A stretch of 32,000 bases of DNA, taken from the NCBI RefSeq assembly GCF_000195955.2, contig NC_000962.3, positions 840,001 to 872,000 of the forward strand, in the 5' to 3' direction. Both the position numbers and the translations under genes were made by a program. The notes under the pieces are model-generated. The model was not told where the DNA came from. It made no database searches and worked only from the letters and a program-made list of their open reading frames with translations. This document shows positions 15,925 to 27,439 of the stretch, one piece after another. The DNA is from Mycobacterium tuberculosis H37Rv (GTDB lineage: Bacteria; Actinomycetota; Actinomycetes; Mycobacteriales; Mycobacteriaceae). Positions within the stretch are counted from its first letter, which is position 1. Each line of letters begins with the position of its first letter.

Positions 15925-16470
15925 TTACCACAGTGGCACCGGCGTCTTGCCGAGCGGGTAATAGCCCGGCACTTTGTTGCCCGACACGGCGCGTTCGATG
16001 CGCTTCTGCATGCCTGGCGATAGCTTGCCGGCCTTGATCAATTCCAGGTAGAGCGCGGAAACATGACCGAAGTCGAAGAAATCGCGTTGCCAGTTCCATT
16101 TCCCGCCGCCGGCATACCGGAACCAGCTGCCGCCAATGCCGTACACCTCCTGCTCGGCGCCATTGGCGTCGGTGGCAACCTGTTTCCAGAACCCAACCAC
16201 CTCGCCCTGTTTCTCGTCGATGACGACCCGTTGATAGGGGTAGCGCCAGCCCTGCAGGCCGTCCATTTCCTGGCCCAGCGCAATGTCGCGGATCTCGTCG
16301 ATGCCGACGCACATCACGTCCTCGTTGGGACCGACGTTCCAGCCGTAGGTGGCGTCGTCGGTGTAGAAGTCGGCCAGCAACGTCCAGTCGCCGCGCCGCT
16401 CCGCCGTACGGTTGGCCTGTAACCAGCGGTGAACCACATCTTCGAGTTCGTCGCGAGGATAGCCGGCCAC
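15925..16470 (-). CDS. Rv0762c: Conserved hypothetical protein, possibly NTF2-like
   Basis: 181 aa from the GTG at 16470 (VAGYPRDELEDVVHRWLQAN...). The start lies 2 nt after the ferredoxin stop. The 364-aa track ORF is an over-extension across the ferredoxin gene and cyp51. Confidence 0.7.
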   Translation of the reverse strand: MAGYPRDELEDVVHRWLQANRTAERRGDWTLLADFYTDDATYGWNVGPNEDVMCVGIDEIRDIALGQEMDGLQGWRYPYQRVVIDEKQGEVVGFWKQVATDANGAEQEVYGIGGSWFRYAGGGKWNWQRDFFDFGHVSALYLELIKAGKLSPGMQKRIERAVSGNKVPGYYPLGKTPVPLW

Positions 16471-16472
16471 GG

Positions 16473-18036
<1,564 letters not shown>

Positions 18037-18037
<1 letters not shown>

Positions 18038-18864
18038 TAGCCCGGCATCCCCTCTTCGCCCAGTACTAGCTTCTGACGGTGCGCGGGCGCATCCCTCAGC
18101 GGGGCCTCCGGTTGAATCTCCATGTTCACCACGACACACCCGCGCGGCGTTTCTGCGACGAACGCGATAGCGCGTGCCAGGTCGCTGGGTCGCAAGAAGT
18201 AGTTGTGCCGGGCCTGCCCCCACTTTGCCCAGTCCGCCAGCATTGGGCCGACTTGTTCGGCCGACAGCTGCCAGCCCATACCGGTCAGCGTGGGTCCCGG
18301 ATGCACGATCGATGCGCGAACACCGGTGCCTTCCAACTCCATCTGCAGGTTGGTGACCATAGCGGCCAGACCGGCCTTGGCGGCGCCGTAGGCACCCATA
18401 TGCGGGCGTTGGCGCAGGCCCACATCGGATCCGACGAAGATGAGGTCACCTCGCCGGCGTGCCACCATGGCCGGTAGCACGGCCGTGGCCAGCCGGTTGG
18501 CACCGACCAGGTGTATCTGAACCTGCTCTGCAAAGGCCTCGGTGCTGACCTCGTGCAGCTGTCCCGGGAGCATGTCGCCTGCACTGGACACCAGCAGTTC
18601 GACCTCGCCGAGTGCCTCGACCGTTTGCGCCACAAACGATTTCACCGACTCGGGATCGGTCACGTCGAGGGGGAAGGCTACCGCCTCGCCACCGTCGGCG
18701 CGGATTTTGTCGACCAGCTCGGCCAACTTGTCCATGCGGCGGGCCCCCAAGGCGACCGGAAACCCGCGGCCGGCGAGTTCGGTTGCGGTGGCCGCGCCGA
18801 TGCCCGACGATGCGCCGGCGACGACGGTGGTCCGCCGGGCGGGGTGAGGTTCGAAGCGTGGCAT
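18037..18864 (-). CDS. Rv0765c: Short-chain dehydrogenase/reductase
   Basis: 275 aa with GASSGIGAATA and YGAAK motifs. Its stop overlaps the cyp51 ATG (TAATG). Confidence 0.9.
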
Positions 18865-20072
18865 TACCTGGCCTGCACGCTGATCGGCAGATGGGCAAAT
18901 CCGCGCACGTTGCTGGAATGGACGCGCACGACGTTGTCGTCGTCGACTTCGTAGTTGCGGATCCGACGCAGCAGCGCGCCCAGGGCCACCCGGGCTTCCA
19001 TCCGGGCCAGGTGAGCCCCCAGACAGAAGTGGGCACCGCTGCCGAAACTGACTAGTTTGCAGCCGATTTCGCGGCCGATGCGATAGTCGTCCGGGTCGTC
19101 GAACACCCGGTCGTCACGGTTGGCCGATCCCGGTAGCAGCAGCAACACCTCACCCTCGGGGATCGTGGTGTCGTACAACGTGAGATCGTGCGCGACGGTG
19201 CGGGCCAGAATCTGGCTGGACGTGTCGTAGCGCAGGGTTTCCTCCACCCACATCGGAATCCGGGAGTGGTCGGCGAATACGCGGGCCAGCTGGCCAGGGT
19301 GGTGGGCGGCCCAGTAGACGGCATTGGCCAGTAGCTTGGTGGTGGTCTCGTTGCCGGCGATCACCATGAGAAACAGGAACGCCATGATTTCCTGGTCGGA
19401 AAGCCGGTCGCCGTCGAGCTCGGCTGCCAGCAGTGCCGACGTCAGATTGTTCGCGGGCCGCCGCCGGAATTCCGCGATCAGGTCAGCGTAATATCTCATC
19501 AGCTCGATCGACGCCGCCATCGCCGGCGGGGGCACATCGGCCACGCCGTCCTCGCGGTGCAGCACCGCATCGGCCAGCGCGCGGATGCGGGCCCGGTCGG
19601 TGTCGGGCACGCCTATCAGCTCTGAAATCACATCCATCGGCAGCTTGCCAGCGAATTCTGCTACGAAATCGAAACTTTCGGTTTGCAGGGCCGAATCCAG
19701 GTGAATGCGGGCAAGTTCGAGCACCTGCGGCTCGAGTTCACGGATCCGCCGTGGGGTGAAGCCCTTGGACACCAAGGTACGCATCCGCAGATGTGCGGGG
19801 TCGTCCATGGCCAGCATCGACATTACCCGGTACGCCTCAGAAGTGCGTGAGGACGGATCCAGGGATACCCCATAGGCATTCGACAACGCCGTGCTGTCCC
19901 GGAAGCCTTGCAGCACGTCGTGGTGCCGCGACACCGCCCAGAAATTGCGTTCCTCGTTACGGTACAGCGGGGCCTCGTCCCGCAGCCGACGATAATACGG
20001 GTACGGGTCTTCGTGAAAGTCGTAGTCGTAGGGGTCCAGGACCAGTTCGGGGTCACCGACGCGGACGGTCAT
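18864..20072 (-). CDS. cyp123: Cytochrome P450
   Basis: 402 aa with the heme loop FGSGAHFCLGAHLA and an ETLR motif. Its stop overlaps the Rv0765c ATG by 1 nt. Confidence 0.9.
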   Translation of the reverse strand: MTVRVGDPELVLDPYDYDFHEDPYPYYRRLRDEAPLYRNEERNFWAVSRHHDVLQGFRDSTALSNAYGVSLDPSSRTSEAYRVMSMLAMDDPAHLRMRTLVSKGFTPRRIRELEPQVLELARIHLDSALQTESFDFVAEFAGKLPMDVISELIGVPDTDRARIRALADAVLHREDGVADVPPPAMAASIELMRYYADLIAEFRRRPANNLTSALLAAELDGDRLSDQEIMAFLFLMVIAGNETTTKLLANAVYWAAHHPGQLARVFADHSRIPMWVEETLRYDTSSQILARTVAHDLTLYDTTIPEGEVLLLLPGSANRDDRVFDDPDDYRIGREIGCKLVSFGSGAHFCLGAHLARMEARVALGALLRRIRNYEVDDDNVVRVHSSNVRGFAHLPISVQAR

Positions 20073-20710
20073 TCGCTGCCACCAGTGCTCGGCTCGTTAG
20101 CTCCGGCCAAGATCAGGCCCACCACGTACCCGAGTCGATCGGCGATCTCGTGGTAGGTGAAGGTGCCGCTGCCGGCCTGTACGAGCGCTCCGAAGAACGC
20201 CATCTCGAGTGCGAACACGGTACCGGGATCGGCGCCAGGTCCGATCGCCGATGTGATGCGGCGGTGGATCTCGGCGCCGATTCGGTCGCGCACCGCACGC
20301 ACCGCGGGGTCGGCGCCGCCGTCGAGCAGCGCCGCCGTGCACGCCGCGCCGATTTCGGGTTCGTCGGCAACCACCAGCGCCAGGTGTCGCAACGAGCTCG
20401 TCACCCGGATAGGCATCGGGACGTTGACGTCGGTGACGCAGGGGACCTGGCGGACCAGGTCGAGGTAGACCTCGGCGATCAGATGGTTCTTCGACGAGAA
20501 GTATGTGTAGGCCGTCGCCGGGGCTACCTTGGCGCGGGCCGCCACCAGGCGCACCGTCAGGTCGGCGTATGACTTCTCCCGCAGGGTCGCCATGGCGGCA
20601 GCTAGCACCTTGCGGAAGGTTGCCTGCTGGCGGCGGTTGCGTGACACCGCTTCGGCGTGGGGTTCGGTTTGGCGCTGGGCCGGGGTGGTAACCAGTACAT
20701 CGCTGGACAC
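20069..20710 (-). CDS. Rv0767c: TetR-family transcriptional regulator
   Basis: 213 aa with a GTG start and an N-terminal HTH (YADLTVRLVAARAKVAPATAYTYFSSKNHL). Its stop overlaps the cyp123 ATG (ATGA). Confidence 0.85.
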   Translation of the reverse strand: MSSDVLVTTPAQRQTEPHAEAVSRNRRQQATFRKVLAAAMATLREKSYADLTVRLVAARAKVAPATAYTYFSSKNHLIAEVYLDLVRQVPCVTDVNVPMPIRVTSSLRHLALVVADEPEIGAACTAALLDGGADPAVRAVRDRIGAEIHRRITSAIGPGADPGTVFALEMAFFGALVQAGSGTFTYHEIADRLGYVVGLILAGANEPSTGGSE

Positions 20711-20717
20711 ATGTCCA
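20704..20717. promoter_or_regulatory. Palindrome TGGACA-CA-TGTCCA (candidate TetR operator)
   Basis: Perfect 6+6 inverted repeat with a 2-nt spacer. It overlaps the Rv0767c GTG start (20708-20710). Confidence 0.35.
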
Positions 20718-20861
20718 AGCTATCGGATGGTCGCGGCAGGAGGCAAGCCAGTCTGCTAAACATGCAGCTAACATGGGACTGTCCGCGACGCGACGTGGCC
20801 CCTGGTGCATCGGTCAGGACGGTGTAGCGGCCTTGCGGATACGGTCTCGATGAGGCAATAT

Positions 20862-20875
20862 CGGACAAGTGTCCA
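20862..20875. promoter_or_regulatory. Palindrome CGGACA-AG-TGTCCA (second candidate operator)
   Basis: Same GGACA-N2-TGTCC core as the site at 20704. It lies 37 nt upstream of the aldA ATG. Confidence 0.35.
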
Positions 20876-20911
20876 ATCGATGATGAGAGTCGGAGAAGTT
20901 GGGAGCGGTAG

Positions 20912-22381
20912 ATGGCCCTGTGGGGCGACGGAATTAGTGCGCTGCTCATCGACGGCAAACTATCGGACGGCCGTGCGGGCACCTTCCCGACGGTCAATCC
21001 GGCCACCGAGGAAGTGCTGGGAGTCGCCGCCGACGCCGATGCCGAGGACATGGGCCGCGCCATCGAGGCCGCGCGGCGGGCGTTCGACTCGACCGACTGG
21101 TCCCGCAATACCGAACTTCGGGTGCGGTGTGTTCGGCAACTGCGCGACGCAATGCAACAGCACGTCGAAGAACTACGCGAACTGACGATCTCCGAGGTGG
21201 GCGCGCCGCGGATGCTCACCGCCAGCGCCCAGCTGGAAGGCCCGGTCGGGGATCTATCGTTTGCGGCGGACACGGCCGAGTCCTACCCGTGGAAGCAGGA
21301 CCTCGGCGAGGCATCGCCGTTGGGCATCGCCACCCGGCGCACCCTCGCACGGGAGGCCGTCGGTGTCGTCGGCGCCATCACCCCGTGGAACTTCCCGCAC
21401 CAGATCAATCTCGCCAAGCTAGGTCCGGCGCTAGCCGCGGGTAACACCGTCGTTTTAAAGCCGGCGCCTGACACACCGTGGTGCGCAGCAGCGCTCGGGG
21501 AAATCATCGTCGAGCACACCGACTTCCCACCGGGCGTTGTCAACATCGTCACCTCCAGCAGTCACGCTTTGGGGGCGCTGTTGGCCAAAGACCCTCGGGT
21601 GGACATGATTTCGTTCACCGGTTCTACTGCGACCGGCCGTGCCGTAATGGCCGATGCCGCGGCCACCATCAAAAAGGTTTTTCTGGAACTGGGTGGCAAG
21701 TCGGCGTTCGTCGTGCTCGACGACGCTGACCTAGCCGCTGCCAGCGCGGTATCGGCGTTCTCGGCTTGCATGCACGCCGGGCAGGGGTGCGCAATCACGA
21801 CCCGGCTGGTGGTGCCACGGGCCCGTTATGAAGAGGCGGTTGCCATCGCGGCAGCCACCATGTCGTCGATCAGGCCCGGCGATCCCAACGACCCCGGAAC
21901 CGTTTGCGGGCCGTTGATTTCGGCCCGACAACGGGATCGTGTGCAGGGCTACCTCGACCTGGCGGTCGCCGAAGGCGGAAGGTTCGCATGCGGTGGCGCG
22001 CGGCCGGCGGATAGAGAGGTCGGTTTCTACATCGAGCCCACGGTCATCGCAGGGTTGACCAATGACGCCAGAGTCGCCCGAGAGGAGATCTTCGGACCGG
22101 TGCTCACGGTGATTGCCCACGACGGTGACGATGATGCGGTGCGCATCGCCAACGACTCGCCATACGGCTTGTCGGGCACCGTGTATGGCGCCGACCCGCA
22201 GCGCGCCGCGAGGATTGCCTCGCGGCTGCGGGTAGGCACCGTCAACGTCAATGGGGGTGTCTGGTACTGCGCCGACGCGCCGTTCGGCGGCTACAAGCAA
22301 TCCGGTATCGGACGCGAGATGGGTCTCCTCGGCTTCGAGGAGTACTTAGAAGCCAAACTCATTGCTACCGCTGCAAATTAG
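20912..22381 (+). CDS. aldA: NAD-dependent aldehyde dehydrogenase
   Basis: 489 aa with ALDH motifs ELGGKSA and GQGCAITTR. The SD sequence GGGAG is at 20901. Confidence 0.9.
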   Translation: MALWGDGISALLIDGKLSDGRAGTFPTVNPATEEVLGVAADADAEDMGRAIEAARRAFDSTDWSRNTELRVRCVRQLRDAMQQHVEELRELTISEVGAPRMLTASAQLEGPVGDLSFAADTAESYPWKQDLGEASPLGIATRRTLAREAVGVVGAITPWNFPHQINLAKLGPALAAGNTVVLKPAPDTPWCAAALGEIIVEHTDFPPGVVNIVTSSSHALGALLAKDPRVDMISFTGSTATGRAVMADAAATIKKVFLELGGKSAFVVLDDADLAAASAVSAFSACMHAGQGCAITTRLVVPRARYEEAVAIAAATMSSIRPGDPNDPGTVCGPLISARQRDRVQGYLDLAVAEGGRFACGGARPADREVGFYIEPTVIAGLTNDARVAREEIFGPVLTVIAHDGDDDAVRIANDSPYGLSGTVYGADPQRAARIASRLRVGTVNVNGGVWYCADAPFGGYKQSGIGREMGLLGFEEYLEAKLIATAAN

Positions 22382-22411
22382 CTAGCGGGTTGACAGCGCA
22401 GAAAGGAAGCC

Positions 22412-23158
22412 ATGTTCGACAGCAAGGTGGCTATCGTCACCGGGGCTGCCCAGGGTATCGGGCAGGCCTACGCTCAGGCGTTGGCCCGCGAAGGTGCCTC
22501 GGTGGTCGTCGCTGACATCAACGCCGACGGTGCCGCGGCGGTAGCCAAGCAGATTGTCGCCGACGGCGGTACTGCGATTCATGTGCCCGTTGACGTGTCC
22601 GACGAGGATTCCGCTAAAGCCATGGTCGACCGCGCCGTCGGTGCTTTCGGCGGCATCGACTATCTGGTGAACAATGCGGCGATCTACGGTGGCATGAAGC
22701 TCGATCTGTTGTTGACCGTGCCGTTGGACTACTACAAGAAATTCATGAGCGTCAACCACGACGGCGTGCTGGTGTGTACCCGCGCGGTGTACAAGCACAT
22801 GGCCAAACGGGGCGGCGGCGCGATTGTCAACCAGTCCTCGACCGCGGCCTGGCTGTATTCCAACTTCTACGGCCTGGCCAAGGTCGGTGTCAACGGGCTG
22901 ACGCAGCAGCTGGCCCGCGAGCTGGGCGGAATGAAGATAAGGATCAATGCGATCGCACCCGGACCGATCGACACCGAAGCTACCCGCACCGTCACCCCCG
23001 CAGAGCTGGTCAAGAACATGGTGCAGACCATCCCGCTGTCGCGGATGGGTACACCGGAGGATCTGGTGGGCATGTGCCTGTTCCTGCTGTCGGATTCGGC
23101 ATCGTGGATCACCGGGCAGATCTTCAATGTCGATGGCGGACAGATCATCCGGTCATGA
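22412..23158 (+). CDS. Rv0769: Short-chain dehydrogenase/reductase (FabG-like)
   Basis: 248 aa with TGAAQGIG, NNAA and YGLAK motifs. Confidence 0.9.
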   Translation: MFDSKVAIVTGAAQGIGQAYAQALAREGASVVVADINADGAAAVAKQIVADGGTAIHVPVDVSDEDSAKAMVDRAVGAFGGIDYLVNNAAIYGGMKLDLLLTVPLDYYKKFMSVNHDGVLVCTRAVYKHMAKRGGGAIVNQSSTAAWLYSNFYGLAKVGVNGLTQQLARELGGMKIRINAIAPGPIDTEATRTVTPAELVKNMVQTIPLSRMGTPEDLVGMCLFLLSDSASWITGQIFNVDGGQIIRS

Positions 23159-23255
23159 CCGGCGCCGGCGCCGATGCAGAGCGGGGCGATGAGGTGGGGG
23201 CACGCCCCCACAAGTGGGAGGTACCCCCATCCGCTGGCGGGGGAGAGCGGCGCTC

Positions 23256-24143
23256 ATGACCGCTCACCCGGAGACACCACGCCTGGGATATATCGGCTTG
23301 GGTAATCAAGGCGCGCCGATGGCTAAGCGTCTGCTCGATTGGCCTGGCGGACTGACCGTTTTCGATGTGCGGGTCGAGGCCATGGCACCGTTCGTCGAGG
23401 GCGGCGCCACCGCAGCGGCAAGCGTCTCCGACGTCGCCGAAGCCGACATCATCAGCATCACCGTGTTCGACGACGCGCAGGTGAGTTCGGTGATCACCGC
23501 CGACAACGGACTGGCGACGCACGCCAAGCCCGGCACTATTGTCGCGATTCACTCCACCATCGCCGACACGACAGCAGTCGATCTGGCCGAAAAGCTCAAG
23601 CCGCAGGGGATCCACATCGTGGATGCACCGGTCAGCGGCGGCGCGGCGGCGGCCGCCAAGGGTGAGTTGGCCGTGATGGTCGGCGCTGACGACGAGGCGT
23701 TCCAGCGGATTAAAGAGCCATTTTCGAGGTGGGCTTCGCTGTTGATTCATGCCGGGGAACCGGGCGCTGGCACCCGGATGAAACTGGCGCGCAACATGTT
23801 GACTTTCGTCTCTTATGCCGCCGCCGCCGAGGCGCAGCGGCTGGCCGAAGCCTGTGGCTTAGACCTCGTGGCGCTCGGGAAGGTGGTGCGGCACAGCGAC
23901 TCATTCACCGGCGGCGCGGGAGCGATCATGTTCCGCAACACCACTGCGCCGATGGAGCCGGCTGACCCGCTGCGGCCGTTGTTGGAGCACACCCGCGGCC
24001 TGGGTGAGAAAGACCTGAGTCTGGCGTTGGCCCTGGGCGAGGTGGTATCGGTCGACCTGCCGCTGGCCCAGCTGGCGCTGCAACGGCTGGCCGCCGGCCT
24101 CGGGGTACCGCACCCGGACACCGAGCCAGCAAAGGAGACATGA
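23256..24143 (+). CDS. Rv0770: Beta-hydroxyacid dehydrogenase (3-hydroxyisobutyrate/6-phosphogluconate dehydrogenase family)
   Basis: 295 aa from the ATG at 23256, with the Rossmann motif GYIGLGNQGAPMAKRL, and paralogous to mmsB. GGGGGAGAG lies upstream. The track ORF starts 14 codons earlier. Confidence 0.85.
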   Translation: MTAHPETPRLGYIGLGNQGAPMAKRLLDWPGGLTVFDVRVEAMAPFVEGGATAAASVSDVAEADIISITVFDDAQVSSVITADNGLATHAKPGTIVAIHSTIADTTAVDLAEKLKPQGIHIVDAPVSGGAAAAAKGELAVMVGADDEAFQRIKEPFSRWASLLIHAGEPGAGTRMKLARNMLTFVSYAAAAEAQRLAEACGLDLVALGKVVRHSDSFTGGAGAIMFRNTTAPMEPADPLRPLLEHTRGLGEKDLSLALALGEVVSVDLPLAQLALQRLAAGLGVPHPDTEPAKET

Positions 24144-24574
24144 TGGACGAGCTGCGCCGCACCGGCCTGGACAAAATGAACGAGGTTTACGCCTGGGACA
24201 TGCCCGACATGCCAGGTGAGTTTTTTGCCCTGACCGTCGATCACCTATTCGGCAGGATCTGGACCCGTCCCGGCCTGTCCATGCGGGACCGGCGGATGGC
24301 CGTGATCGCGGTGCTGACCGCTCAAGGCCAGTCGGATCTGCTCGAGGTCCAAGTCAACGCCGTCCTGCATAACGACGAACTCACCATAGACGAGCTGCGT
24401 GAACTCGCTGTGTTCATTACCCACTATGTCGGCTTCCCGCTGGGCTCGCGGCTGAACAGTGCGATCGAGCGGGTAGCGGCCAAGCGTAAGCAGGCGGCCG
24501 AGAACGGCTCGCTGCCCGACACGAAAGCCAACGTCGCCGAAGTTCTTGCTAAGGAATCTGGTAAATCGAGCTAG
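24140..24574 (+). CDS. Rv0771: Carboxymuconolactone decarboxylase (CMD/AhpD-like) family protein
   Basis: 144 aa with a CMD-family pattern (...RIWTRPGLSMRDRRMAVIAVL...HYVGFP). It overlaps Rv0770 through ATGA. Confidence 0.8.
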   Translation: MMDELRRTGLDKMNEVYAWDMPDMPGEFFALTVDHLFGRIWTRPGLSMRDRRMAVIAVLTAQGQSDLLEVQVNAVLHNDELTIDELRELAVFITHYVGFPLGSRLNSAIERVAAKRKQAAENGSLPDTKANVAEVLAKESGKSS

Positions 24575-24585
24575 TCTGACGTGTC

Positions 24586-25854
24586 GTGCGCGTCCTGGTA
24601 ATCGGTTCGGGTGCCCGCGAACATGCGCTATTGCTGGCGCTCGGCAAAGACCCGCAGGTTTCGGGGCTAATCGTTGCTCCCGGCAATGCAGGCACCGCTC
24701 GGATCGCCGAGCAGCACGACGTCGACATCACCTCCGCCGAGGCGGTGGTCGCCCTGGCTCGCGAAGTCGGCGCTGACATGGTGGTGATTGGCCCCGAGGT
24801 ACCGTTAGTGCTCGGGGTGGCCGACGCCGTGCGCGCGGCCGGCATCGTGTGTTTCGGGCCCGGTAAGGACGCGGCTCGCATCGAAGGCTCCAAAGCATTC
24901 GCCAAGGACGTCATGGCGGCGGCCGGTGTGCGCACCGCGAACAGCGAAATCGTAGACAGCCCAGCGCACTTGGACGCGGCCCTGGACCGGTTCGGGCCGC
25001 CTGCCGGTGACCCGGCCTGGGTGGTCAAAGACGACCGGCTAGCCGCCGGCAAGGGTGTGGTGGTGACAGCGGACCGCGATGTCGCGCGCGCACACGGAGC
25101 TGCCCTGCTCGAGGCCGGGCACCCGGTGTTGCTGGAGTCCTACCTGGACGGCCCGGAGGTATCGCTGTTCTGTGTCGTCGACCGCACCGTCGTGGTGCCG
25201 CTGCTGCCGGCACAGGACTTCAAGCGAGTCGGTGAGGACGACACCGGACTTAACACCGGCGGTATGGGCGCCTACGCGCCGCTGCCGTGGTTGCCCGACA
25301 ACATCTATCGGGAGGTGGTCAGCCGGATCGTCGAACCCGTTGCGGCCGAACTAGTCCGGCGTGGAAGCTCGTTTTGCGGATTGCTGTATGTTGGTCTCGC
25401 GATTACCGCCCGCGGGCCGGCGGTGGTCGAGTTCAACTGCCGATTCGGCGATCCGGAGACCCAAGCCGTGCTGGCCTTGCTGGAGTCTCCGCTCGGCCAA
25501 CTGCTTCATGCCGCCGCTACCGGGAAGCTGGCCGATTTCGGCGAGTTGCGGTGGCGTGACGGTGTGGCCGTAACAGTGGTACTGGCGGCCGAAAACTATC
25601 CCGGGCGCCCCCGGGTCGGCGACGTCGTTGTCGGCTCCGAAGCCGAGGGGGTGCTGCACGCCGGAACCACGCGGCGCGACGATGGCGCGATCGTTTCGTC
25701 CGGTGGCCGGGTGCTGTCGGTGGTGGGCACCGGTGCCGACTTGTCCGCAGCACGCGCACACGCGTATGAAATCCTCAGTTCAATTCGGTTGCCAGGAGGT
25801 CATTTCCGCAGCGATATCGGTTTACGGGCGGCCGAGGGGAAGATCAGCGTCTAG
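24586..25854 (+). CDS. purD: Phosphoribosylamine-glycine ligase
   Basis: 422 aa with a GTG start ([14 protein letters not shown]...) and an ATP-grasp body. Confidence 0.95.
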   Translation: MRVLVIGSGAREHALLLALGKDPQVSGLIVAPGNAGTARIAEQHDVDITSAEAVVALAREVGADMVVIGPEVPLVLGVADAVRAAGIVCFGPGKDAARIEGSKAFAKDVMAAAGVRTANSEIVDSPAHLDAALDRFGPPAGDPAWVVKDDRLAAGKGVVVTADRDVARAHGAALLEAGHPVLLESYLDGPEVSLFCVVDRTVVVPLLPAQDFKRVGEDDTGLNTGGMGAYAPLPWLPDNIYREVVSRIVEPVAAELVRRGSSFCGLLYVGLAITARGPAVVEFNCRFGDPETQAVLALLESPLGQLLHAAATGKLADFGELRWRDGVAVTVVLAAENYPGRPRVGDVVVGSEAEGVLHAGTTRRDDGAIVSSGGRVLSVVGTGADLSAARAHAYEILSSIRLPGGHFRSDIGLRAAEGKISV

Positions 25855-27389
25855 CAGGCTGCGGCTTGGCCATCACGGCGGGGATCGCTGGCCGCGAGGT
25901 ACCCATCGTCGAGCCGCCAGATTGCCTGACAACTCCCGAACTGGCTGTAGTCCGCTACTGCGACCAAGTCATGCCCACGCTGCCGCAGTTCATCGAGAGT
26001 TGAATCCGGGAAGCCGTTTTCGAAACTGACCCGCATACCGTTCACCCAGCGGAACCGAGGGCCGTCACAGGCCGCCTGGGGGTTCTGGCCGTAGTCGGCG
26101 ATGCGCACCAGCACCTGCACGTGACCCTGGGGTTGCATCATGCCGCCCATCACCCCGAAGCTCATCACCGGCGCACCGTCGCGGGTCACAAAACCTGGGA
26201 TGATCGTGTGATAGGGGCGCTTCCGTGGCCCAACCCGGTTCGGATGTCTCGGCACCACAGTGAAATCCGAGCCGCGATTGTGCAGCGAAATGCCGGTGCC
26301 GGGCACCACCACACCGGAGCCGAACCCAAGGTAGTTCGACTGAATCATGGACACCATCATTCCCGCAGCATCGGCGGCGGCCAGATAGACGGTGCCGCCT
26401 CGCGGGATGCCGGTGGCCGCCGGCATTGCCCTCTTTGGATCGATCAGCGTGGCGCGCTGCCGCAGATACTCCTTGTCGAGCAGGCGCTTCGGGTGCACCG
26501 GCATGTAGTCGATGTCGGCGACACACGCTTGCGCGTCGGCGAAGGCAAGCTTCAGTGCTTCGATCTGCACGTGCACACTTTCAGCGGAATCCACTGACCA
26601 CGATGACATATCGAAATGCTCGAGGATTCCGAGGGCGATCAAGGCCACGATGCCCTGGCCGTTGGGCGGTATCTGGTGGATGGTGTACCCGCGGTAGGTT
26701 CCCGTGATCGTGTCGACCCAGTCCACGCGATGGGCGGCGAGGTCGTCGGCACGCATCACCCCGCCGTTTGCCGCCGAGTGCGCCTCGAGTTTGGCGGCCA
26801 GCTCTCCCCGGTAGAACTCCTCACCGTTGGTCGCCGCGATCTTCTCTAGCGTCGCCGCGTGGTCAGGAAAGGTAAACAGCTCACCGGGTTTCGGCGCTCG
26901 TCCGCCGGGCATGAACGCATCGGCGAATCCGGGCTGGGATGCGAACAACGGCACCTGTGCCGCCCATTGTGCCGCGACGGTCGGTGAGACCAGAAAGCCG
27001 TTGCGGCCGTACGAGATGGCGGGCTCGAAGAGTGTTTCGAATGGTAGCCTGCCGAACCTGGCGTGCAGTTCCACCCAGGCCGACACCGCACCGGGCACCG
27101 TCACGGAGTTCCAGCCGAGCACGGGAACGGCGTTGCCGCCGAAGTACTCTGGCGTCCACGCCGAGGGTGAGCGGCCGGACGCGTTCAGGCCGTGCAGTTT
27201 TTGCCCGTCCCAGACGATGCTGAAGGCGTCCGAGCCGATGCCATTGGACACCGGTTCCACCACGGTGAGGGTGATGGCTGTGGCGACGGCGGCGTCGACC
27301 GCGTTGCCGCCGTCGGCCAGCATCCGAAGACCCGCTTGCGCGGCCAGCGGTTGTGACGTGCACACGACGTTTGTCGCCAGGATGGGCAT
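25851..27389 (-). CDS. ggtA: Gamma-glutamyltranspeptidase/cephalosporin-acylase-like Ntn hydrolase
   Basis: 512 aa from the ATG at 27389 ([20 protein letters not shown]...) with a GGT-family body and a probable nucleophile in [12 protein letters not shown]. The track ORF has a 108-aa Arg-rich over-extension. Confidence 0.85.
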   Translation of the reverse strand: MPILATNVVCTSQPLAAQAGLRMLADGGNAVDAAVATAITLTVVEPVSNGIGSDAFSIVWDGQKLHGLNASGRSPSAWTPEYFGGNAVPVLGWNSVTVPGAVSAWVELHARFGRLPFETLFEPAISYGRNGFLVSPTVAAQWAAQVPLFASQPGFADAFMPGGRAPKPGELFTFPDHAATLEKIAATNGEEFYRGELAAKLEAHSAANGGVMRADDLAAHRVDWVDTITGTYRGYTIHQIPPNGQGIVALIALGILEHFDMSSWSVDSAESVHVQIEALKLAFADAQACVADIDYMPVHPKRLLDKEYLRQRATLIDPKRAMPAATGIPRGGTVYLAAADAAGMMVSMIQSNYLGFGSGVVVPGTGISLHNRGSDFTVVPRHPNRVGPRKRPYHTIIPGFVTRDGAPVMSFGVMGGMMQPQGHVQVLVRIADYGQNPQAACDGPRFRWVNGMRVSFENGFPDSTLDELRQRGHDLVAVADYSQFGSCQAIWRLDDGYLAASDPRRDGQAAAC

Positions 27390-27439
27390 GCGCGGCCAAG
27401 CGTAGGGGAAGGTCCAACCAAACGGCGTGCTCACGCCGC

